A DNA stretch of 33,000 nt from contig OZ365116.1 in NCBI GenBank assembly GCA_977030845.1, positions 17,391,001-17,424,000 on the forward strand, read 5' to 3'. The stretch's first letter is position 1. Each line of letters opens with the position of its first letter. The position numbers and the translations under genes are program-made. The DNA is from Fimbriosthenelais zetlandica. Taxonomy: Eukaryota. Below are positions 25,401 through 33,000 of the stretch, piece by piece. The notes under the pieces were generated by a model. It was not told the DNA's origin. It was given only the letters and a program-made list of their open reading frames with translations, and ran no database searches.

Positions 25401-28400
25401 AAACATCATTAGGTTGCTAAGTACAGTCTGAGATTCCCTACAACTGACATCCAAATGAAATTACTTCAGGGATTATACCAGTGACAAAAATGTATGTGTA
25501 TTATAGTACATATCTAACATTATAAAGGGGAATATTTATCCATGCAATCTTCACCAAGCCCAGCCATGTAATCACCATATGCTGTTAGATGGCACATATT
25601 TGGGAACAAATGTGTTAAATCAGTAAGATTGTGGCCTTGGTCTTACTGTTGCCTGATTGGAATTAACAGTCTAATGCTGTCACATGGCAGTGTTGGGGGA
25701 GAGAAGTAGCTTGTTAGTGGGAGTCAGTAATTACTGCAGACTCTGGGCCTTCTTTACCCATTCTCCAGCCTACCACGACTCGTGAGAAAAGTACCACTCT
25801 TACATTCCCCGCAATCAAGTGCATTTTCATTCAATTGTCGTGAATTATTTTACTGTGCGAAGGAAGGTATTCAAAATTATAGTCTAAATTTAAACGAAAT
25901 AATCTAGCAGTCTGTCATTATCTGGCAGGTTTGCTTCTATATTTGTCTTTAGGACTTTGAACTATGATCAAAGCCCAATGAAGCCAATAAGAATCTATCA
26001 ACATACATGAGTTAATTTTATCCTCGGACTCTTAGGATACTTGTAAAGATACCTGGCCAGACGCTGTACTGGCGTCTATTTTGGAGTCAGTCTGGACATT
26101 CTACTTGAAGGTAGTCTTTGATTAGTCCTACAAATATCACGCTCGAGAAATCAAACCTGCGTAAATCCTTAGAACAAGGAAAGTTTACAAGACTAAAGTA
26201 TAGGAGTAAATGCCTTTGACAACCTGTAATCTTGCCTATAGTAACTAACCCAACTATCAGAATAAACCCACTTACTTTCTACTTATTCATACATCACATA
26301 GCCGAGATATGCACTGATCTGGCGAAGAGAACCGTCAATGACAATATGACTTGAAGATATCACAAATCTTCCTGTGAAAAAGGTTCATTTCCATATACTA
26401 CCGTAACCTTCAATCTTAATATTCCTTCAGGGCTAATGAATACACATGAATACAATAGCTGATTCAAGTGCGAGTGGAGTGGGTGTTTTTTTGTGAGGAG
26501 GACTAGGAGTGAGGATACAAGGCCCTTTACAGCCAGTCCCTACCTCCAGCCATCTCTACTATCGTCTTGCTACCCATCCACTGAGATAAGAGCAGATAAG
26601 CCAGGCGGGCAAAATGTCTGCGGCAATTTCACGGATTTATGCTGGCGTTAAACCTCATTTAATCTTGCATCTGGTGAGTGGAGTGAGGGAATGGGCGTGG
26701 ATGGGGTGGTATGGTGGAGCAGACCCAGGCCATCCCTCACCCTCCTCCCGGACACACCAATCAAGGTTTGGAAATCTCACCTCATCAATGAAATGTAACC
26801 AGATCGCTTATGCTAACCATAAAACACAATCCCCAATCTCCTGTTATCTAAAAGCAGGCAACACTTCTGTCTATATAGAGGCCTCCTCCAGGCCATTCCA
26901 TCACACCAAATGTGTTCCCTTAAAAAGGCGCCGCGAATCCATAGTCTAATATCTACTTTTCTGTATAGTCTATGTATAATATATGCCTTTGGCATGCATA
27001 CAATCCTCAACCTGAAGGCATATTGAATGAATATTGACGGTCTAATGAAGGCTTGGCATGAAGTGAGATTCGTTATCTTAGTTTTTGGTGTAAAATGTGA
27101 CAATGAGCAATTAAATGCCAACTGTTCATCAGCATTAGCTGATTATCATCAGTTCTCAACCAACTTCAGTCTAGTATTTTCCATTTGAACTTTTTAAAAG
27201 TCCCCACTAGCTAACAGCACATCCAAAGCGATTACTCTTATCTCAGTGGATTATTTCTAACGTGTCTTATATTCTTTGTATAATATTTTTCTCGTCTTAT
27301 ATACGCCGCGATATTACATTAATATTCTATTAATCTCTTATAGAATCCAATCTGTTAACACCTCATTAAACACTACAGATTCTATCAGTCCTCAGTTCCA
27401 TCAATAATGAGAGAGAAAAATATAATACCAGGGGGTTCTTCATAAGTCCCTGGGTACAGCCTTCGTTCAATTCATAGCATATTGAGTACACGGTGGGGAG
27501 AGGGTAAGAAAGGGTGTCAGTTAAGCTCTGGTCCTTGTAGCAGATTTAGGAGCGGACCTGTTGCTGAGCAGTTGGTGCAGTGAGCGTGAGCTGCTCTAGG
27601 CTAGGGTACAGATGGATCAACACCTCAGGGTGCTGTGACCTGAGCTATAATGGCCAACATCATCAGGTGGTGGTCGTGACTGGCCATACAAATACCCTAG
27701 TCCTAGTATCAATCTTCTGCCTTATTATCGTCCTCATAGACCTATACCCCTCCACTCGTTTTACTCCTCTATGCATTTAGTTACTGGGTGCAGAGCTGGT
27801 CAATATGGAATGATCTAAACGCCTCATTTCATGACATCTGGCAAGGCATTGTTTCCCCAACTCTTTGAATGGAGAACAAATGTCCTTCAAATGAGCACGA
27901 TTTCCGGACAATGATCAGATTTGTTAGGCCTCCACACTTTTTAAATTGAAAGTGGAATTTGGATGACGTTTGAAATAAAATGCAAACATAATGCAGTTTT
28001 TGTCCAAAAATCGTCAGCTCTGCACTTTTCTGAAGAAGACGGAATCAATTAATTAAAGATTGGTCTATGCCTGGTGGTGCCATATTGTTGTTAACTTGAG
28101 TTGACACATCTCATTCCTCAGTGTAAATCATTGGCTTTGACTTTAATGATGTTCGCTGGACAAATGGCACGCAGCTCCCTCACATCAAAGTACAGCTAGC
28201 GACAAAGTAGCGACGTTTAAACAAGTCACACAAAACACGCGCTCTAAGTGAAAGCACTAAGTCCTTATGATCCCTATTCTCTTTAAATCTACTTTGGCAT
28301 GACAAGGATCTCATCAGTTAAGCCACCGATTTTGAGAGGCTTTCTTTCACCCAAGTTGAGTTTCACCATACCGCATGCTTTCAAGGCAAATATGATTACT

Positions 28401-29902
28401 CTACGATTATCCGTAAGGGCGGGGAAGAAAATAAGGAGGATGCCTCAGATGTTATTTTTAAGAACTAAGTTAGCTCTGTCCTGGCTCGAGTAAGATTACA
28501 CTCATGTATTGAAATTGCATTGAATTCTTTACAAAGTCGGCTAATACCTTCACCATTTGAAGTCGGTTAAATGGCTGATTAAGCACTGTGAAAGCATGCC
28601 AGCAATATGAAGATGAAGGCTGTCATGTTGAAATGCTAGGCCCGCAATATGGCATATCTGAAACAGGCAAACTGGCAGCGTGATTAAAAAGCCAGCACCA
28701 CCTTATTAGCACTGTTTGACATAGAGTTAATTGAAGGCCACGCCATCCATTATTCTTTAGGGAACGAAAGTGGAGGAGAGGAGGGAGCAGAGAGCCTAGT
28801 CAATGAGCCACTAATTTGCTGAAGTCCTCTCTTCCTAATACTCTGTATTACCTACAGATTTTCGATCACAAAAAAATGTATTTCGGTTGTTTGTATACAA
28901 CCTAGTCTGCTGGTAAAACATGGCTCTTAATAACATACACGTGAATCTCGTGGCTTCAATAGAGTTTATATATGAGGTCCTGGTACAGTACAGACAATAA
29001 GCTGTCCATGGATGTGTTAGCTTTGGATGGACTGGGAAATCATCTTGATGGATCTAGTGGATGTCCTACACATCAGTCTATTATATATTAGACACATTCC
29101 CCATTGCAATCACAAGAGAAGGCAGGAGAGGGTGTTAGAGTATAAGGTGACTAGAGTAAGATGATAACAGTTATTACTTGGCATGCGGCTCACTAGGAGA
29201 ATATTCCCCCACGGATAAATATTATTCGGTAAGGAGCACAGGTAATTAGCAAGTAATTGCAATTATTCAGACCTCAGGGGGATGGAATGAACACAACATG
29301 TGCATATTTCAATGGTTACTACATTGTCTACTAGTAGATGAAGATTCATAATGTGCCAACGGGAACAAAATCACATTACCAACAAAACTGTATAAAAATC
29401 AGAATAGGCAATGCAGGAGGCAGTAGTTATTTCCAATCTATACTTGATGATAATCCTATGTTAGTCATACCAATTTCAAAGTGGCGACATAAGATTTGTC
29501 TCATTATTATGAGAGCTTAAAAAGCCTGGATTATGTACTACAAATACTATGTACTAGAGGAGCTCAGAACTGCTGCAGCATTTCATGATATGCTCTAATA
29601 GCTCTTTTCCTTCCTTACAAAGCTCAGTTTTTACTACTTTACAACTTTGCACTTGGCTACCAACCAAGACTGACAAAAACCAAGGTGTAAACATGAAAAG
29701 CAGGCGGACAAGCAGCAGCTGGCAACTTCTATGCATACTGGCCCTTAACAATGAGTCCATCTTTATTCAATGGAGAGGTTGGTGCACCCTTACTAACCCA
29801 GAAGGCCATGAAGTCGATGAATGAAAGGTCATCTTTTAGAAGATATACTACTGAAGCAGGCTTTCATATGATCTTTAAGATCAGTTTTATCTTTTCTCAG
29901 CT

Positions 29903-29915
29903 TGTGTGTGTGTGT
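29903..29915. repeat. Short (TG)n microsatellite
   Basis: tgtgtgtgtgtgt, about 6 units. Confidence 0.75.
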
Positions 29916-30182
29916 TTGTCGGGGGTGTATATGCCCGCAGGATGAGGTCTGAATGGGGATAAATTGTAACACGTTCATCATTGCCCATTCATGAATTTCC
30001 CAGAAGGGCTCGTGTGGGGAAAGGTCTAAGTTATCATTCATAAACCAACAAAAATGTGACGTGACAATCAGATAACATGAGTAATGAGCTGTGATTGGAC
30101 ACGGTGGAGCCATCAAAGTTGGTCTATCAGCAATCATGATCAATGGGAGATTGCCACCACGGTCCATTCATTCTGATCTCAC

Positions 30183-30270
30183 CATATGATGCTAATTGAC
30201 AAAAGGTGGCCCGAGGGGCCATGAGTGCTTCCTCATAGCCACTACCGGCCTCATGGATCATCCACTTTAC
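30183..30270 (-). CDS. Candidate next exon (88 nt) of the same minus-strand gene
   Basis: Acceptor ccttattcctttactcactgTAG| and donor ATG|GTGAGA. Only the phase-0 frame is open (VKWMIHEAGSGYEEALMAPRATFCQLASY+1 nt), matching the phase-0 donor at 32130 and implying a ~1.86-kb intron. It is short enough to be chance. Confidence 0.3.
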
Positions 30271-31711
30271 CTACAGTGAGTAAAGGAATAAGGCAGCAAT
30301 ACATGGAGGCAGTGTGCACTAGGCAGGCTGAGGAATGCTAATGGGACGTATATAGATATGTGGAGGTCGAGGTTTGTTAAGCAGAGACAGTGACTGGTTG
30401 GGGAATAGGAAGCTGACAGTACCAAAGACGGACGATCTGAAGTGGCTATGAAAAGAGCAGGCTGTAGAGATTAGAGGATAAGCCAATGGCTGCTTAGTGA
30501 TCACTTTATGGCCGGGGATTGTATTAGGCAGCCTTACACAGAAGGCAGGAGCATACATTCAGCCGACCCGCCTGTACTCGGCAGTGTTTATCATGTACAA
30601 AGTTTACAAGGTACACAATACCAGCAGGCAACGGGTAAATTAGTAAGACAATATTTGTAAGTACCTTGTTCCTAACGATACTGTCTTGGTCATAGATTTA
30701 TATTATTCATGACCATATTTACTAACAAACCTTTATCCCATGAATATACTTCTCCACAAAAATATTATATAAATGTACATAATCCAAAAAATTGGGCTAT
30801 ATATACATCTTTTCGTGCCTTAAATACCACATACTACCAGCATCGAATTGGAGAAATTTATACATTTCAAGTTCATAATAAGTGAGTGAAGGAGTTGGCA
30901 GGACGTGATACCCCATGTAGTCGCACCTCAACTCCAAACTTGATCGATCGTAAAGCATCAATGAATGCCTCTAAGCATACATCCACCACCATCAAGCATC
31001 TCCTTCAGAAGCCCACTACTAATGCAGTATTTCACAAACTCAGTGCAAAAGCGCCAGGAGGATGGGGTAGCTGGCGGGGATGACACTGTTTTATATTTGA
31101 CGTGATCGTGGGATTGAGGCACCTGAATACAGGTTTTCGGTGCAAATCGTTTCACACTACATCAGCTTGCTTCCACTGAGCTAGGCCCAGTTGAATTTGT
31201 CCAATCCTCAGCAAGGGATTTCTAGCTAAAAACAAATGCCTCAACTCGAAAAACACTGAGTAGAACAAATATCTCCCTATAGTCCAGTGTTTTCTATGAG
31301 CCCATTTGCAAGGCGAGAAATTATGGTCCAAACTTTAACACCTCAGACCCATGCGAGGTTTAAATGTGTAAACTTATAGCGGGGGCTTTTGCCGAGTCAA
31401 AAAGCTGGCAGAGGATTGAAAAGCACGTGTAAATGATGATAAAAGCCATTGGTTACACTAGGTTTATTTCCTAGGGCAGGGTGCCAAAACCATACATTGG
31501 TGGCAGACTGGATATTCAGATTGATGGCTGGAGTAAATGTTGTAGCCACGTGCAGGCATCTGTGCTAGTGAATTCTATAGCAGTAAAGAGGACTAAAGGT
31601 GTTTAGTGCAGTCAATGTTGAAAATTATCTATACTATCCTCAATGGTACAAAGGACGACTGAATTGAAATGGAAGGTTATTCATCCAAACGACTATTGTA
31701 GCCACAAGATG

Positions 31712-31741
31712 GACAGACAGACAGGCAGACAGACAGACAGA
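31712..31741. repeat. (GACA)n tetranucleotide microsatellite
   Basis: gacagacagacaggcagacagacagacaga, about 7 units with one substitution. Confidence 0.9.
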
Positions 31742-32130
31742 TGTAACACAATATTGTAATGGATGTATCAGGTCTATACGCCATCTCCACTGAAGGAAAT
31801 CTCTCTGGGGGCAGAACGCGACCTCTTCTATTGTGAATAACTTATGAGCATTTGACCGGATTCAGAAATGCAGTAAATAAAGGATATCGTCCTCTCAAAA
31901 ATACTGACATCAGTGATATTTTTATTTAATATGTCCTTCCGGTCCTCAATTGGTTTCTTCAAGCAATCAATTGTACACAAGCAGACTACAGTAGGCAATA
32001 AAAGAGGGATTCATTGAAATGCTATCTATTCATTTTAATCATTGTCAATTTCATTTAGAAGTGTTTATCAATAAGAAGTTCATTAGGAATATTCATCTTT
32101 CATCTTTATGCATTTTATTGCATAACTTAC

Positions 32131-32575
32131 CAGGCTTGATTGTTGTGATAGCATCCTCCTTGAAGGACTGTTGGTAACTGAAGCAGAACGGACGGGACCT
32201 GGCCTTCGGGTGGGACTATCCGTGAACGATCCCCCCACCCCAGGTTTCTTGCCCCCAATAGATCCAAGTGATCCCAAACTGACACTAATTCCGGTGGCCT
32301 CGGCGAATCTACGCGTTGGTGTCGTGTTGGCCAGATACTTGAGCGTATCGGCCAACATGTCCGTAACGCTATTGGTACGCGTCGGCTCATGATGGAGTCT
32401 CTGTGGCGTGGAATTTGCCGAGGCAATCGCCGAGGCATTGTTTGGGTAAGGCGAGTTACTGGCTGGGGAATCCAGGTTCTCTTCGTCTGTGGGACTGATG
32501 CATCCTAGCAGGTCGGACATGTATATGTGCTGGATGATTCCAGCGTGGCCACCTGGAGCGGGCAGGTAGACGCAC
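32131..32575 (-). CDS. Internal spliceosomal coding exon (445 nt) of an unidentified gene; S/T/P-rich, probably disordered peptide
   Basis: It lies within the longest ORF in the window (32083-32631). The acceptor is a C-rich tract ...cccccacctcatcccacCAG| (AG at 32577-32576) and the donor is CTG|GTAAGT (GT at 32130-32129). Length is 1+148x3 nt, with exit phase 0. It is GC-rich with 28 CpG by hand count, versus a depleted background. Translation: CVYLPAPGGHAGIIQHIYMSDLLGCISPTDEENLDSP...NSPSRRMLSQQSSL. The ORF-track start (MLPTTTT) and end (VSYAIK) probably run into intron. I do not recognise the protein family. Confidence 0.72.
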
Positions 32576-32587
32576 CTGGTGGGATGA

Positions 32588-32625
32588 GGTGGGGGGGGGG
32601 TGGTGGTATAGGTGGTGGTGGTAGG
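32588..32625. repeat. G10 run plus (GGT)n low-complexity tract in the intron just upstream of the exon acceptor
   Basis: ggtggggggggggtggtggtataggtggtggtggtagg on the plus strand, which is a C/CCA-rich tract on the coding (minus) strand. Confidence 0.85.
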
Positions 32626-33000
32626 CAGCACTCAGTGATCAAAGACTAAATGAGGAGGAGGTGGGGAAGGATGAGGAGACCCAACAAAGTTAGGATGGAT
32701 GAAAGTACAACCAGTTAGAAATTAAAAGATTTTTAAAGGTTGAAACAGAAAAAGAACTGAGGTTATATAAAGGGTGTACAAGGCTGGTGCAATCTACTGC
32801 TACTCTATGTTGGCCGGACCTGCATAGGAAGTATACAGTTCACAATGTTTATCACAAAGCATATCAGATTTTTGCTTGCTATAAATGGTGCATGCTACCT
32901 TTGTTGCTGCATAGCTAGCTTTGTGCTTGGATCCAGCTTTTCTACAAGATATCAAACAATTGCTGCACTTTTGAAACGAAAACCAAATAACCTCCAGAAG

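Noticed and set aside
1-33000. Prokaryotic or viral system (operon, CRISPR array, defence island, endogenous virus)
   Set aside because: There are no long ORFs, no gene-dense organisation and no regularly spaced repeats, and the ORF lengths look like chance apart from the spliced exon.

Overview
This is almost entirely non-coding eukaryotic DNA, most likely an animal with a large, repeat-rich genome. That assignment is inferred from spliceosomal signals, microsatellites, patchy CpG depletion and retroelement relics. There is no operon structure, rRNA, intact tRNA, CRISPR array or intact mobile-element ORF, and nearly all listed ORFs are of chance length. The one well-supported coding feature is a 445-nt CpG-rich internal exon on the minus strand (32575-32131) with a pyrimidine-tract CAG acceptor and a GTAAGT donor. 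It encodes an unidentified S/T/P-rich peptide with clustered CDK-type sites, and a phase-compatible 88-nt next exon is possible at 30270-30183. The rest reads as a graveyard of decayed transposons: a LINE-type RT relic (about 18.7-19.4 kb), a DIRS-like RT relic (about 0.6-0.9 kb), a possible tRNA-SINE head, and weaker LINE, hAT and Gypsy-integrase traces. All relic calls come from motif recognition by eye and need profile searches. I found no convincing new biological system.
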